This document shows, in pieces, positions 22,501 through 37,500 of a stretch of DNA of 64,000 bases. Each line of letters starts with the position of its first letter. The first letter of the stretch is position 1. Location of the stretch: positions 6,649,838-6,713,837 of the forward strand of contig MU056050.1 in NCBI GenBank assembly GCA_013239625.1, given 5' to 3'. Source of the stretch: Lama guanicoe (lineage: Eukaryota). The notes under the pieces were generated by a model. That model made no database searches. It saw nothing but the letters and a program-made list of their open reading frames with translations, and was not told where the DNA came from. A program made the position numbers and the translations under genes.

Positions 22501-25500
22501 AAATTCAGAACAGATTTCATGTTTACTTTGTGACAAAACCTGATAATAGAAGAGAAATGAAACCAAAGCGTTGTTTGAAGTGTTTGTTCTCCACAAAATG
22601 TATCCATTCCTTCTGTATTCTGTTTTGCTTAATTTCAGGCGGAAATTGGCTGAGAGATCAGAGGCTAGTCTGAAGGTGTCAGAGTTCAATGTCAGTTCTA
22701 AAGGTAAGTTAATAAAGGAAGCTATCTACCTGTAACTTGTGGAGTTCCAAAAGCACTATGGTCCCTTCCCTCTCCCCACCCCAAACTGTTTTTGATGTGG
22801 TTAATGAATCATACCATAAATACTTACATATGAATGGGTAAAGAAGAGTAATCAGATGCTCTCACATTTCTTCCATTTCTAGAAAAAAGCCTAGAAGGCC
22901 AAAATCAAGGTTTCCCACTGAGCTTGACCAGGTAGTTTTCCTTTATTACTCCTCTGAGGAGCCTTTTTAGAAACTTTTTCCCTCGATGCCTTTTTCCCTC
23001 CTCACCTCCCCTGCCACCAGGAGTAAGATTTTGTTAGATAAGGTTGAGCTTTGGAGGGACACAAAACTGTAATATGCTCTGTATTCATGGGTTCTGCTTC
23101 TGTAATTCAGTGCAAATTGAAAATATATATTTTTTAAATTCCAGAATGTTCCAAAAATCAAAAATTGAATTTGTTCCACATGCCGGCAACTATTTACATA
23201 GAATTTGCTTTGTATGCTTTGTATTAGGTATTATAAGTAATCTAGATATGATTTAAAGTATACAGGAGGATGTGTCTGGATTATATGCCATTTTTTTAAA
23301 GTTTACTGTTTTAAATTTTTTTAATTGAAGTATAGATTATATGACATTTTATATAAGGGGCTTGAGCATCTTTGGATTTTGGTTTCCTTGGGGGTCCTAG
23401 AACCAGTCCCCCTGCACACTGATACCAAGGGATGACTGTATCTAAGATGTTTTTAGTCCTGCCTCACCCAGGTACCAATTTTTACCCCTGGGTGGGGGGA
23501 TGCTATCAGCCCTATTGAGAATATATGATCTAGTAAACAGCAGAGTTGGGATTTTAACTTGATAACAAGTCTAGATGCCAGATCCTTTCCATGGTATTCA
23601 CAAGTTAGGCAGCTTGAATGAGTTATGTGCTTCTAATAAGCACTAATATAACCTCCCAGAGCCAGTAACGATGTATTCTATTCATCTAAGCTTATTCGTC
23701 TGGCAGATACTTACTGTGCCTCTACTGTGTATTAGTTTCAGGATCAGTTAGGTACTGGGGCTACAATAAAGAATAAGTCACGACCTCATGGGGCTTAGAC
23801 CTCACATTCTAGTGCAGGGAGACAATAAGCAAAGTAAAACAGGATGATGTAGTAAAGTGACTAAGAAGGTGCTTTAGGTTGGCTGGTCATGAAAGGCCTT
23901 TGAAGAGGCAAAATTTAAGCTGAGATCTAAATGGCAGGAAAAGTCAACTGTGCAAAGATAGGGGGCAGTGCTCCAGGCAAGGGGGCAGCCCTAGTGCAAA
24001 AGCTGTAAGAAAGATACCTGCTCAGCATGTTTGAAGAAGAGGAAGAAGGCCGGTGTGGCTGGAGCATCCTCCACCTTGGGGTGACATGAGGTTGGAGAGA
24101 CAGACAGGGACCAGATCCCCTAGGGGTCAGGTTCCTTAGATAGGTGCAATCCCAAGTATAATCGGGTGACACTGGAGGGTTTTCACCAGGATCATGACAT
24201 GCCATGATTTACATTTTCAAAATATCGCTCTGGCTGCTGTGTGTAGCATGAATTCCAGTGGGGCAGGGCTAGAGGCAGAGAGGCTAGGAGAAAAGCAAAT
24301 GACTGTTCTAAATACTTTTCTCTCTTCCACCCTCTGACATGTTTGGGAAGGGAAGAAAGCCCTCTGGCTAGTGACTGAAGGAGGAGAATTATACCTGCTT
24401 CCCTGCACGTTTGTATGTCTCCCAGCATTTTCTGATGAGGCTCTTCCCTGTGCGATATTGAGGTTTTGACTCCCTTCCCAGTCTGACCAGAAAGCTTGGC
24501 CTTTCCGCAGGATCAGGAGAAAAGCTAGTCCTTTCCGATTTGCTTGAGCCTGTGAAAACGGTATCCTCATTGGCCACCGTGAAAAAGCAACTGGACAGAG
24601 TCAAATCGAAGAAGACTGTGGAGTTGCCCCTTCACAGAGAAGAGATTGAACGGGTGAGTCAAAGAAAATGTGGTCCATTAAAGGAAAGAAATTGAACTAA
24701 CAGGGAAAATAGGATAAGAAGAGAAGGAGGGAAAGCCTGAAAAATGGGAGGAGGGCAAGTTGTGGTGGCTGCATCCTGGAAAAGATTAAAGCTATTCTCA
24801 AAGAAAGTGCAGTCCTGAGAAGAAAGCAAGAGCTAATCTCAAGCATGCTGCTTCTTTCTTGGATGAAGAAACATTGCCTCCTAATTTCCTGCTGGTCGTT
24901 GGAGTTTGATGCTTCATTCCATGGCTCTCTCCTGTGTACTTTGCCTGTTTCAGATCCACAGACAAGTGGCATTCAATAAAACCTCACAAGTCCTCTCCAA
25001 GTGGGATCCCATCGTTCTGAAGAACCGGCAAGCAGAGCAGCTGGTGTTTCCCCTGAACAAGCAGCAGTCAGCCTTCGCTCCCATTGAGCACGTGCTCAGT
25101 GGCTGGAAGGTGAGTGCAACCCGAGGAAAGCACACCTTGGGAGGTAAGATCACGCAGCGTGGAAACTGCAGAGCATGCGGTGGGCCTCCCTGGACATGTT
25201 AAGCCAAAATGCCAGCTGCAGTCATTTTAGTTTAGCAGTCAGAAGGGGGGCGGCAGGGGGAGCAGCGTTCATTGTTGGTCGTGCAGTAGCCCGTCACCGT
25301 AGCTCTGTAGTCGCCCGTCGTTGGCCTGTAGGGTCCACTGCTTGGTTATTTCCATGTTTGTGTGTTACCACATCTGATTGCCAGGACAGAGGGAACATAA
25401 TGATGTTTTCCATTTCACACCCTGGTTTTTTTTTTTAAGTTTTAAAGCAACATTCTGTTTTAAGTCCAAATAGTGTTTTTGGGTGGGGGCGGAATGGGAA

Positions 25501-28500
25501 TGGGGTGGGTACTGGGGATTGAATCCAGAACCTCCTGCATGCTAAGCATGCACTGTACCACTGCGCTATATACTCTCCCCTGTAAAGCCACATTCTGATC
25601 TGGGGAAAATCAGAAACTCGGCAGCATTAATGATGTCTTAGTAGGAGTATATGAGCAGCAGAACCAGTTTGCTTGAAAAGGAATACCAGGTTAGAATATA
25701 GCAAATTGTTGCTAATGGCTAAAATGGTAGCAAATAGCTCATGACTGAGCTGCAGAAAATAAAAAAGATATTTTAGAGCTGGGTTTCCCAAACACTGATC
25801 TCTGACAAGTTTTTCATCTGTCCAAGGTAGAAGGATAGTTGTGAGTGTGGTGGTGTAAGGTCACCACCTCTTTTTTTATGATGAGGTTATTCTTTCCACT
25901 TTAATGGTGTTGAAATAGCTATTCTTTCATGAAATGATGGTGGTAGTAAATGGTGGGGTTGAAGGTGGAATGGTAGTTATGAAAGTTAGGAATCCTACGT
26001 CGGTTCCTAAAGTCTCAATTTTTAGTCTCTGAACAACTTCAGAACAGCTAAGCCTTTTTTTTCCAGTACATCATGGTTATGGAGTCTATAATGGGATGTC
26101 CTGTCTTAAGTAGAAAAATAGTCCAAAACAGCAGTGCCTAAACTATGGACAGATACCCTCTTTGTGCTTCTCCCCTGCTTCCTATAAATCTAAAAAAGGT
26201 GTCCTGTGTATTAGGAAGCTGAGATAATTAAAGCTCATCAAAGTAAACTTGGCTTGCCACCTATAGCTAGAAATTGAGCAAGCCATTGCTTATTTCGGGG
26301 AGAAGCTCTGTTTCTGATATTGTTGAAGTCACTACCATTCTCCTTCTAGGATGCTTCCTTTTCCACATGAAAAACAGATCAGGTTTAAAGTGTGGCTGCA
26401 GGATGGAAGGGAGACTTTAGGAAAAAAATCTTAAGAGGTAATACAATTTGCAGGATTCAAAATTAAGTATAGAAGGTAAACAGTGAAAAGTCTGGTCCCA
26501 CCCCATCCCCCATCTGCTCATTTTTAGCCCTGTACTCACCCAGAAGTCACCACCTTTACAAGTTTTTCATTATTGTTAACTTAAGAGTTTTATTGATTTA
26601 TTCATGTTTATCCATGTTTTTTTTTAATCAAAAAAGTAGTAGTAAACTGCTACACACTGTTCTGCACCTTGCTTTTTCCAAATGTTGGTGTGATCTTAGA
26701 GATGGCAGGAAAATGCCAAGTTGGTCATTAAAGATGAGATGGTCGGGGAGGAGGTTGCACCGAGAATGGCACAGCCTCTGCTCTCCAGGGACCCCCTGTG
26801 CAAGACAGAGTGGGGCCCAGGTGCTGCACCCAGACCTGCTGTTCCATTCATTCTCAGGTTCGTTTTTGAGAAGTTATACCAGTGAGGCAGAGAGAAATCA
26901 GGAAATACTTAGGTCAGGAGGTGGTTTCTGATGAGGAACATTTTAGAGGGCAAAGCCCAAGGTCTAGCAATATACTAGTATTCCTGGAGATTAAGAATCC
27001 AAAAAGTGTGTGCTTATAGTTTTGGTCCAGCATCCTAAAATTCTGTTTGACTCCAGCTGAGAAGAATTACCTGGGATAATGTGTGAGAAAGCATTTATAA
27101 ACTGCAAAGTGCTAGAAATGATGTAAGGTAACTTCCCACCCCCACTCTCCTTCCCTCCACTAGCAGCTGACACTAGCATCTCCCACAGTTCACCTCAAAA
27201 CCATAGTTTCTCAATATGCCCTGGGCTGGCGGGGGGGGGGGGGCAGTGTTCCATTGCTAGAAACTGCCGCACACCCCTGCTAGAGACTGGCGGTTCACAA
27301 TGTACACTAGCCTTTTAGAGGCTATGAAAAGATAGTAAAGAAACCCCTTTGACTTACCCTAAACCAGGGAGTACAAACTGATTTTATTAAAAATCGAATG
27401 CATTGAATTTTAAACTTTTAAAAAATGGAGTACATCTTGTCAGCTGATGAGGAACATGCTTTGGGAAGAGCTGGCCTCCGTTCTCTCACCTTCTTCTCCT
27501 ACTACCTTCCTGAAGCCTCTCTCAAAAGGTGTTTTGAGGGGCCTGCCAGTCCCCAGATCCCAAGCCCTCTGTGCCTTCAGCCAGTTTGAGGCTATTAACA
27601 CATCACATTGTTAAAAACTCCCTTGACTTCTGTGACATACTCTTGTTGGTTTTGTTTGTTTTGTTATCTGACTTTTCTTAGTCCTTTTTCTTCTTGCTCT
27701 GTAAATAGGGTACAGATCGCTCTCAGCTCCTTCAGAGTTCCAGGCCCATATTCCATATGACTAGCAGGCCTCGCCAGGGTCTCCCCTATGCACCTAAGCT
27801 TCACACGCGGCAAAGTAAGCCTGGCATTTTTCTTCCCCAAACCCCAAAACCCTGTACTGCCACCTTCGTGCTGTAACTGAGTCACCGGCATAACTCCCTA
27901 CCCCAGTTACTTAGGTTGGAAGCCTCGGTCATTCTAGGTCCTTCTTTGCCCCTCAACTACCAGCCCTCCCCAGCCCACACAGGGGGCTAGTCCTGTTATT
28001 CAGTCTCCATAGCAGCTTGCAGGTCCCTGGTTCCTCTCCTCATTTTGTTTCACCTTGCATTTGATGCTTTCCATAGAATCCCTTACACAATCACCAGGAT
28101 TTTCTCAAGGTGAGGGTAGAGCTTAGTGGTAGAGTGTGTGCTTAGCATTCATGAAGTCATGGGTTCAATCCCCAGTGCCTCTGTTAAAATAAATAAATAA
28201 ATAATCACCACCCCCCTGCAAAAAACCCCACAATCACCAGGATTTTCTTTCCAAAACACAAAATTGATTATCACTGCTTAAAATCCATTAAAAGGCTCTC
28301 CACTTATAGAATAGGACAGAAGCACCTAGCACTTTAGCTACACTGGACAACATGTTGTTCCCTGATGTACCTTTTCTCTCCCTAGATCTGCGTTTGTGCT
28401 TATACTCATCTCTCCATTTGGCTTTTTTCCCCTCCTTAAAGAATTATGCTTATGCCTCAAATCCTAATTCAAAAAGTCTCTTCCTTCCCCAAGCCTAACC

Positions 28501-31500
28501 CACCTTCTAATCAGAGTTAATTGTCCTTCCTCTGTGATTGCTCCCATGGACTAACATTTAACCTATTATGTTGTTAGTGGTGCCCGGGTCTCTTTCCTCT
28601 GAAAGGCTATGAGCTCTATGAGGACAGGAACTATCTTAATTAATTGTGTATTCCTAGCACCCCGCACAAGTGCCTGGAATGTAGCTGCAATCAATAAATG
28701 TTTGTAAATTGAATTGAATTGGAGGGAGATTACAACATTGTAATATAAATCACTTTGTAGTCTGTGATTGATCACTACTGCAAATACTAAAAATGGAAGA
28801 ACATGCACCTTCTCTATTCAGTAGAATAGGTTTATGGTTAAATCAATAGCACCGTGTAACATGTGATGATGTGTGTTTATGCATTTGTCCAGATATTTGT
28901 AAGTTTAATACTGACCATGATGTATATGGCTATTGAAGAGAACCACATAAAATATGTGCATGAGGTTGGAAACTGGCTCTATTGCCCAGGGCTATCTCTG
29001 TGCCTTGCCAGAGTGGACCATGACATGATCAGCTTGATTATTTTAGCCATCCTTACAATATCAGTCAAGCAGCAAATGGGGTCTTTTGTTGACATGTGAA
29101 GTCGCTGGCTCACAGTCCATTCGTTTCATCCACATAGACACCACCTAGCATGCAAAGTTGACTGGAAACTGAGAAGTTGGAGCCAAAGTTAGAAACCGAC
29201 TAGAGTTAAATTTCAGCTGTAAGGAAGCAGGCTCATCTGAAGACCTGACTTCCCCTTTCCTCTAGAAATAGTCTTAAAAGAAGGCTTATATGAATCTGAG
29301 ATCCCTAACTGTATGTTAAGAGTTATGTGCTTCAGATATACGTAACACAATAGGGACTATTTTGTTTTGCAACTATCAAGACTGATAATTTAATACTGTT
29401 GTTCCTCTGTCCTGCCAGCATTTACGTTAAGGGCATCCTGCTTTGATTCTTAAGAGAATGGTATTGTTTTATATATATTGGTAATCTGAATACAGAGTGA
29501 TCCCCTTGGTAATATTAGAGAGTAGCCTCAGAGTCTTCTTGCTAAAGTTGTCTCAGATCAGAATAGAATTTTAGGTTTTATCTACACAGCTGAACAGGGA
29601 GCCTGGAACCCCGTTCTCTTGCTGTAACAGCCAGTCCTATCTAGTTTGTGATTCTAATTATAGTGTCATAGAGTAGACGGCCGTAAGATTGTAAGGAGGG
29701 AGACTGTAGGACCAAGACTTAAAGCTTAGTATGTTCTGTTACCTCCTTAAGGCAAGAACGCCCCTGGAGCAGGAGATTTTTAACCTCCTCCATAAGAACA
29801 GGCAGCCAGTGACAGACCCTTTATTGACTCCTGTGGAAAAGGCTTCTCTCAAAGCCATGAGCCTGGAAGAGGTAAGTGTGATGGGCCCTTTGATACATCC
29901 TAGCATGCTCTGTTTCTCCCAACATTTGCCCTCAAGCCCCGGGGTCACTGTAAATGTCATTCGTTGTAGGCAAAGATGCGTCGAGCAGAGCTTCAGAGGG
30001 CCCGGGCCCTACAGTCCTACTATGAGGCCAGGGCTCGAAGAGAGAAGAAAATCAAAAGCAAAAAGTAAGGAGGCCCCTGTGAGCCAACTTTGGGTTCCAT
30101 GGAAGAAAGTAACATAGCTAATCACAAGTCCTTAGGAGAGAACCTTTCCCATGGTGGCTGGGGGCATGTAGGAGAGGCCCCAAATAGAGTGACAAGCCTT
30201 TTTTTTTTTTCCTCAAACCAACCTCATAGGGTTTTACCTGCTTCAGTACTGCCCACTCCTCTGGCTTTGGCTTTGTGTTGGTTTTGCTAAAAAGAGGACT
30301 GTTCAGTTACTTCCTCTCCCTTCCAGGGCATCACGGAATAGTTCTGCCAGTTGAGCTCTGAGCTCTGCAGCCTTGGAGGCCTGCAGAGCTTCCTTCCTGC
30401 CTTTTTGCCTCTTTGGAACCTGTGCTGCTCTTCCTTGCCCTCTAGAAACAGAGGGGATTCTGCTCTGCAGAGTTCTGCCCCTGGGGGCTGTGGGGACTGA
30501 GAGTCCTGCCAGTCCTTGCAGGTCTTAAACTGGCTACTTTTGGTCAGCCAGCTCAGTAACACCTGTTCAGCCCCTGTGCAGGGAAACATCTTGTATAGTG
30601 GGAGTGTGTGTGTGTGTGTGTGTGTTTGTGGCATCAGTGTTTCAGTAAATCTCTTCCCTCATCCCTCTCTTACCCTATAGGTATCACAAAGTTCTGAAGA
30701 AAGGAAAGGCCAAGCAAGCCCTAAAAGACTTCGAGAAGCTGCGGAAGGTCAATCCTGCTGCAGCATTGGAGGAGCTTGAAAAGCTCGAAAAGGCCAGGAT
30801 GATGGTGAGGCTGCCTCTGGCCCCCAGCCCTTGAGACTGGCTTTTCCTGGAAAGCGATGAGGATCTCACTCTGCCCTTTCTTTCCAGGAGCGAATGAGCC
30901 TGAAGCACCAGAACAGTGGGAAATGGGCAAAGTCAAAAGCAATTATGGCCAAATATGACCTGGAGGTAAGAGACCATCAGGGTGAGAGAAGAGATGGAAT
31001 TGGAGGAAAGAAAGGAAAATCAGTCCATAAGGATGCTAACGGAAGCAGAGTTGGGAAAGAACCGTGAGGATTAATGGAAAACCAGGAATCTAAAAAGGCA
31101 TCAGCAATTCTCTAAGGCAGAGAGGAAAATGATCAGAAACAAAGTGGAAAAAGAGATGGAAGGGAAACAGCATTGAAGGCAAGTCCAGTTAAAGGGAAGA
31201 GGAATTGGTCTTTTTGTGTTTTTTTTCTAAATTTTATTTCACATGTTGATTCCTTGAGGACAAAGAATTTGTCTTCCGTTTTATTCCATAGCTATTAACA
31301 CAGTGGTGTATGTGCAGTTTAAACAGTAGGCACCAGTAAGAAATACTTAAGTCAAATTGAGAGGAGGCAGCTCTAAGAAACGAACCGGGAACGGCGTCTC
31401 CACAGTCACTAATGGCAGGGCACTCATACTGTGATTTTCCTCCAGGCTCGCCAAGCTATGCAGGAACAATTGGCCAGGAACAAAGAACTGACGCAGAAGA

Positions 31501-34500
31501 TCCAGGTGGCCTCCGAGAGTGAGGAAGAGGAGGGAGGCACAGAGGAAGACTGTGACCCCCTTGTCCCTGACGTGGTGAATGAGGTGCAGGTGAAGGCAAA
31601 CAGACCGAACCCCTGGATGTTCAGGAATCACTCCAGTGATGCCAAAGAGGCTGAAACCCAGGAGGACCCTGAAGAAATTGCAGGGTCTACGGCCCATGAG
31701 GCTTCTGAAAGTGAGGAAGAAGAAGGACCACTGGCAGAAGAAGAAATTCTCTTGAAAGAATTTGAGGAAAGGCGATCACTTAGACAAAAGTCTGGGCTCA
31801 ACCAGATTGCTGAGCCGGTGGGCAGACCAGAAACAAAAGGTGAGCAGTGCTGGACCAGGGGGAGAACTGCCTAGTGCTCTTGCTCGTGGTGGAGTGAGAG
31901 GAAAACTGGGTTTCTGAAGAGAAAATAGATTCATGATGACCCTTTTTCTTCAAAGGCACTTAGTAAGCGGGCATCTGCATGGCTTTCCAGTGTCTGTTCA
32001 GTCTTCAGAAAGACAGAACTGCACCATCCTTGAAGGATTGGCTAGAGTTAATGTCACTGATACCCACAAGCCAGAGAGGAGTGTGTGTGATGGGCTGGCA
32101 GATCCGAAAATTGTTCACACCCACACACACAGAAGTGTATTTTGAGACATTATGAAAGATCTTCAAATCATTGCTGCAGTTTTCTGTTTTGTTAGGGAGG
32201 TAGGAGTGGCATTTGTAGCTCTTCGTAATGCTGGTTGAGATGTGTCGGTGTGGGTGTGGCTTTCTTGATAGGAATGAATGACTCCACAAGGTACAGGTAA
32301 ATTAGAATTGCTACCCCATGCTCAGATTCGATTTGCATATTACATACATATACAACCTTAGCACCCTCAAAGCAGGTCAGAGGGTTCCAGTTCTGGGGAC
32401 AAAGCAGGGCATTATAAAGCCTGCTTAGGAAGCTAATTACATTGAGAAATCACCTGAATCTGGATAGATTCTTGGGTCTGATTATATTTCCCATGCAAAT
32501 AATGCATTTAGATGACAGCAAGAATCTGTTTCTCCATGCCAAAAAAATTATTTTTAATAGCTGCCATTTAGAATGTATTGTAGGACCTTTACTTTAGATT
32601 TTTAGCTAGAGACTTCTGGGATTAATAATTATAAGCAGTCACTTCCAAGAGGAATTGGAAACCAGCACCGTAGGCCAAGGCGGTGGGCAGCCCCTACATG
32701 ACCACGGGACACCAGCTGCTTCCTCCCAAGCCCCCTCAAAAGCTGGCCATCTAGCAAAATGCATAGAACAGTTGGTTGTGGAATGAAAGGTGGATTTGGA
32801 TTTCCTTGGATGATAAATAAATAGAATGATCCCAAACCTTTGGGGAGATACTGTTCTAAAATGGTGGGAAGGCTTGGACCCCAAACAGAATGAGCAAGGA
32901 AACTTGATCCCTGAAAATAAATATACATGTCCTCAGGCCAGACCTAAGTAGCTTCTCCCAATGGCTTCAAGCCAGAGCTAGAGAGCAGGATGAACGTGGG
33001 AATGGAGGCAACTTGAGTCAACACAGAGGACAGTTTAGAAGCGTGTCACGGCCGTGTTTCCCTCGGGGCTCTCAGAGACTAGTGGTATTTGCTCAGGTGG
33101 TGCTGGTGGCTGGAAAGTGCGAGCTACGTGACTCGGCAACAGCAGATCATGAAACGCTGCTTTCAGAGAAAACAATGCTGGCTAAGGTTTTTATAAATAG
33201 ACAATTACAATGTAAATTACAAATAGTAAATCACAATTTTGAGAAATTACAAATAATAAGTTACAGTGTAGTTGCATTCCAAGGCCAGTTGCTAAAAACA
33301 GCTTTTTTAATAGAAATTTGGAACTTGGGGTGATCTTCCCAAGCAGGGTTTACTGTATGGGGAAATTCAGCCACAGCTCCCATTACACAGTGAGTCATTG
33401 GCAAAACTGGGAATAGGACCCAGGATATCTGCTTCCCCAGCATGCCGCTTGTAACTCCTAAACTCCATTGTCCATGACTTGACAGGTAATGATTAGTGAA
33501 CTCTGCGGGAGATCCAGCAAATGGAGTCTTCTCTTACCCATTTGCCCTGGTTGGAATGACTTCCACGGTGCCCAGCACCCAGCGAGAGCTCAATAAACTC
33601 TCATTGACAGGGCAACTCCCACCCTCCTTTTCTGACAGCTTTCATTTCTTTCCCCAGATTCTAGTAGCCAGGCGATACTGTCTGAACTGAGGGTACTGTC
33701 TCAGAAACTCAAGAAGGAGAACCGTCAGTCCAGGAAGCAAGAAGTGAGTTCAGTGAAGACAGTTCTGGCAGTCCAGAGAGAGAAGCCTGCCCAGGAGGAA
33801 GAGGAGCCCCTGTTGCTGCAGAGGCCGGAGAGAGCGCAAACTCTGGATAAGCTGGAGGAGCTGAGCAAAGAAGGGTGTTTTCAAAATAAGGAGCTTCCCA
33901 GGGCAGCGGCAGAAGGGCAGTGCTTGGAGAGGAACCCAGATAATCATCTTGGTGCCCCCAAGGAGAAGAAAAAGAAGGAGCAAATGATTGATCTCCAGAA
34001 CCTCCTAAACACAAAGTCTCCTTCCGTCAAGTCTCTGGCAGTTCCCACGACGATAGAGGAGTTGGTGAGCAGAGCCAGGGTTATGGGCCAATGTGGGGGA
34101 TCAGAGCTGGTGCAGAAAGTGTCTTTCCTACACAAGGAGTAGAATCAGTGAAGTTTTGTGCTGGGGGCACATTGCAGTAGTTGAGAGGTCCGCAATAGTA
34201 TGGGGCCAGGCTGGTCCCAGTTGACAGTTTAATAGATGGAAATATGTGAGTGCCGCTGAGACTCCCACATCTGAAATCCTGAGCCAACAAATCTTCCTGC
34301 AGTGGCTCTAAAATGGCCCTCAGAGGAAAGAGGGAGTCACTCAAAGCTCTGACCAGATCCCAGGCAGAACATCTCAAAGGTGAGTCATTGAGCTGTTGCT
34401 AGTCTTTGGCCCTACTCAGTGGGATCTCAAATGGTCCAGGCTCCCCAATTAAGTCATTGAAACTGCTCAAGCGAGGAGCCCTGGTACCCGTCTCTTCAGG

Positions 34501-37500
34501 GGTATAAGCTGGAGGACTCCCACATTCTGGCTGGGCCCACTTGGAGCTCCTCCTCCTAACATGGGCCCTTTCCTTCCACCATCCTGCAGCTTCCTTATTG
34601 AAAGTTTAAAATTGTGCCATTTGGTAATGAGCTAGGGATCTTTACCCTAGGGAGAAGACTGGAGCTTGATTGGCTACTGATCAGTTTGTAGTGCAAGACC
34701 TTCATTGTTCCACACTTCCCCCTAGGGGGCGCTAAAATGTCATAACCCAATAGTCAAGCGGTCTTGCCACGAACCTCGGCTCAGGAGGCAAGCTGAATCT
34801 CTTGTTCTTGTTTCTTCCCAGGAAGATGAAGAAGAGAGAGCGCAAAGGCAGATGATAAAGGAAGCTTTTGCTGGGGATGATGTCATCAGAGACTTCTTGA
34901 AAGAAAAGAGAGAAGCTGTGGAGGCGAGTAAGCCAAAGGACGTGGACCTGACTCTGCCTGGCTGGGGCGAGTGGGGTGGTGTGGGCCTAAAGCCCAGTGC
35001 CAAGAAGAGACGCCGGTAAGAACAGGGAAGAAAGCCTGTCCAAAGGGCACCAGTTCTCCCACTTCACCCTCACGAGTCCTCTCTGCCTTTTGACTAAATC
35101 CTTAACGTTCTTAGTCAGATGTCCTGCTGTTCTGCTTTCCAGGTTTCTCATTAAAGCCCCTGAGGGTCCTCCAAGAAAAGACAAAAATTTGCCAAATGTG
35201 ATTATCAATGAGAAGCGGAACATCCATGCAGCGGCTCATCAGGTGAGGGAAGGAGTGCTCTTTAGCTGCCACTTTGTTGCCCAGCTCTTTTGCTTGGGAG
35301 GAGCATTCTAGTGCTCTGCGGTCCAGAGGGATGTGTGATCTTGACCACAGAATCAGATGTATTCTTGTTTTCACTGACTGGCTCTGAGATGAGTAATTCC
35401 AGATCGACTCTGCTCTTTTAATTACTGACCAGGAAGAAGGTTAAGACTTAAAGGATAATCTTTACAACTATGGTCAGGGCCCCAAATCTGCATTTTCAAC
35501 TGGTACCCCCAGATGATTCTGATGCAAATGGGTCTCGCCAAACTAAGAATTGCCCGTCTACAGGCTTGGGTTTATAGTCAAGGTAATGTTCAAAGGGCAT
35601 AGGTTTGAGCTGCATCTTAAGAAGAATGAAGACAAACTCGTACTTGTTCAGAACAGTGAGAGAATTTTAAATTGTGTCATCTGATAACGAGCTAGGGATA
35701 TTTCCCCAAGAGAGAAGCAAATTTGAGCATGATCATGGTCTTCAGTATATTCAAGGCTATTGTATGGCATGTAGTCACATGAAGTAGAAGTCAGAGGAAA
35801 GGCAGGGTTCAATTCAAGGAAAAACTTTCTGCTGGTCCAGAGAGGAAAAGGGTTGCCCCAGGGGTGGGTGTGAGCATGTTAGAGGGGATTCCGGAATGAG
35901 CTTGGACTCGGTGACCTTTATGCTCCCTTAAGTTCTGAAGCTCTGTGACCCTGAGATCTGTCCCCAGCTGGTTAATATTAAAATGAGTTGTATTTTTTCT
36001 TCTGAAAAAAAATGGAGAGGGGCTATTTGATGAAGAGAGGAGAAATTTCAGTAATACTGTGTTGATCTTATTTTGTGAACCAGTTGCTGCAGAAATTGAA
36101 TTCTAATCTCAATTGAGGATATATAACCAGAAAATAGGCAATGAACAGGCAGTTATGGGATAAAGAGAGCAAAGGGGTGCTGCTTCACCAGGCCAGGATT
36201 CTAGGTGAAGGGCAGAGTGTGACCTCAATAAAGATCACCCTTCCCTTCCCGGAGTCTTACCTGTTTGTTTTTTTTAATACAGTCACAGAATACTGATAAA
36301 TAGCTTTCCAAGAATCTCCCTTGATTCTCCTCGTCTTTTTAATAAGTTATACACCACAGGTCCCAGCATGCAATAGAATAAAGTGCTTTGAGCTAAAGAG
36401 GGGGGAAAAAACCTCCCAAGACCGAATATTTTGTCCAGATGTTTCTTTCTTTTCTCTTGCCCTGGGTGAAATGCACAGATCTAGCTATCAAGCCCACTAA
36501 GATGCTCCCTTAACCTAAAGAATCTGTCCTTCACCCCCACCAGGACTGCCTGGCCTTCCTCGACTTCTCTTGAGTGTTTCATTGAATATCTCCAAGGACT
36601 GCTTGTAGCTTCCCCAATTTGCTGCTTACACCTTTCTCCTCTTTCACCATGGGGAAACATCTAAATATGATTTAAGTGTCTGAAGGTAGCGCTGTGGTGG
36701 GGTGGAGGAACATACGTGGCAGGGAAATGAGACTTGAGAAGAGGATGAAGCTAAGCTTAACAGCCTGGTAGAATTCAGTATTCGAGAGTAAATCTTTGGG
36801 TTCCTTAAAACAGCCTATGAATCAGGGGGAGGAAAGGAATGGATTAAGAGCATGAAGAGGGTAGGGAAGTCATAAAAGCCACAGTACACAAGTACTCAGA
36901 TGTGTCTTGTCGTCACAGTGTTGTATAGGAAGATCCACTTGGGGACAGCAACCCTGGAGCTAGTGTCATGTTCTGACAGCTGCGGGGCCCTTGTGAGGAT
37001 GGTTTCTAAACAATCTTTAGATTGTTGAGTAAGTCTGGGGGAAGGGAGGTCCTAATCCAAAGTAGGCCCCTCGACTCCCAAATGCCAAGCAGATTGGCAC
37101 TCCTAAGGTTGGATGGGGGCATGAGGGTACCTTGGCCTTTCAGTAGCCTCACTCACTGCAGTCACCACGCAGAACTGTGGCCTGTGCACTACAACTGCCT
37201 GGCCTGGTGCCATTAGAGTTTGCAGGCCTGGCTCATGCCAAGTCACTCTGCCTTCCTTTCCAGGTGCAGACGCTTCCATATCCATTCACACACCATCAGC
37301 AATTTGAAAGGACCATCCAGACCCCTATAGGATCTACGTGGAACACCCAGAGGGCCTTCCAAAAGCTGACTACGCCTAAGATTGTCACTAAGCCAGGCCA
37401 TATCATTAAGCCTATAAAAGCAGAGGATGTGGGCTACCGGGCTTCCTCAAGGTCGGACCTTTCTGTTGTACAGAGGAATCCAAAACGACTCTCCATACGT

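Noticed and set aside
28860..28919. C/D-box snoRNA-like pattern in intron 6 (GTGATGA ... CTGA with catg ends)
   Set aside because: Only 52 nt from box C to box D, non-canonical terminal stem spacing, and no convincing rRNA guide (at best a 10-nt match with a mismatch). A snoscan/Rfam search would settle it.
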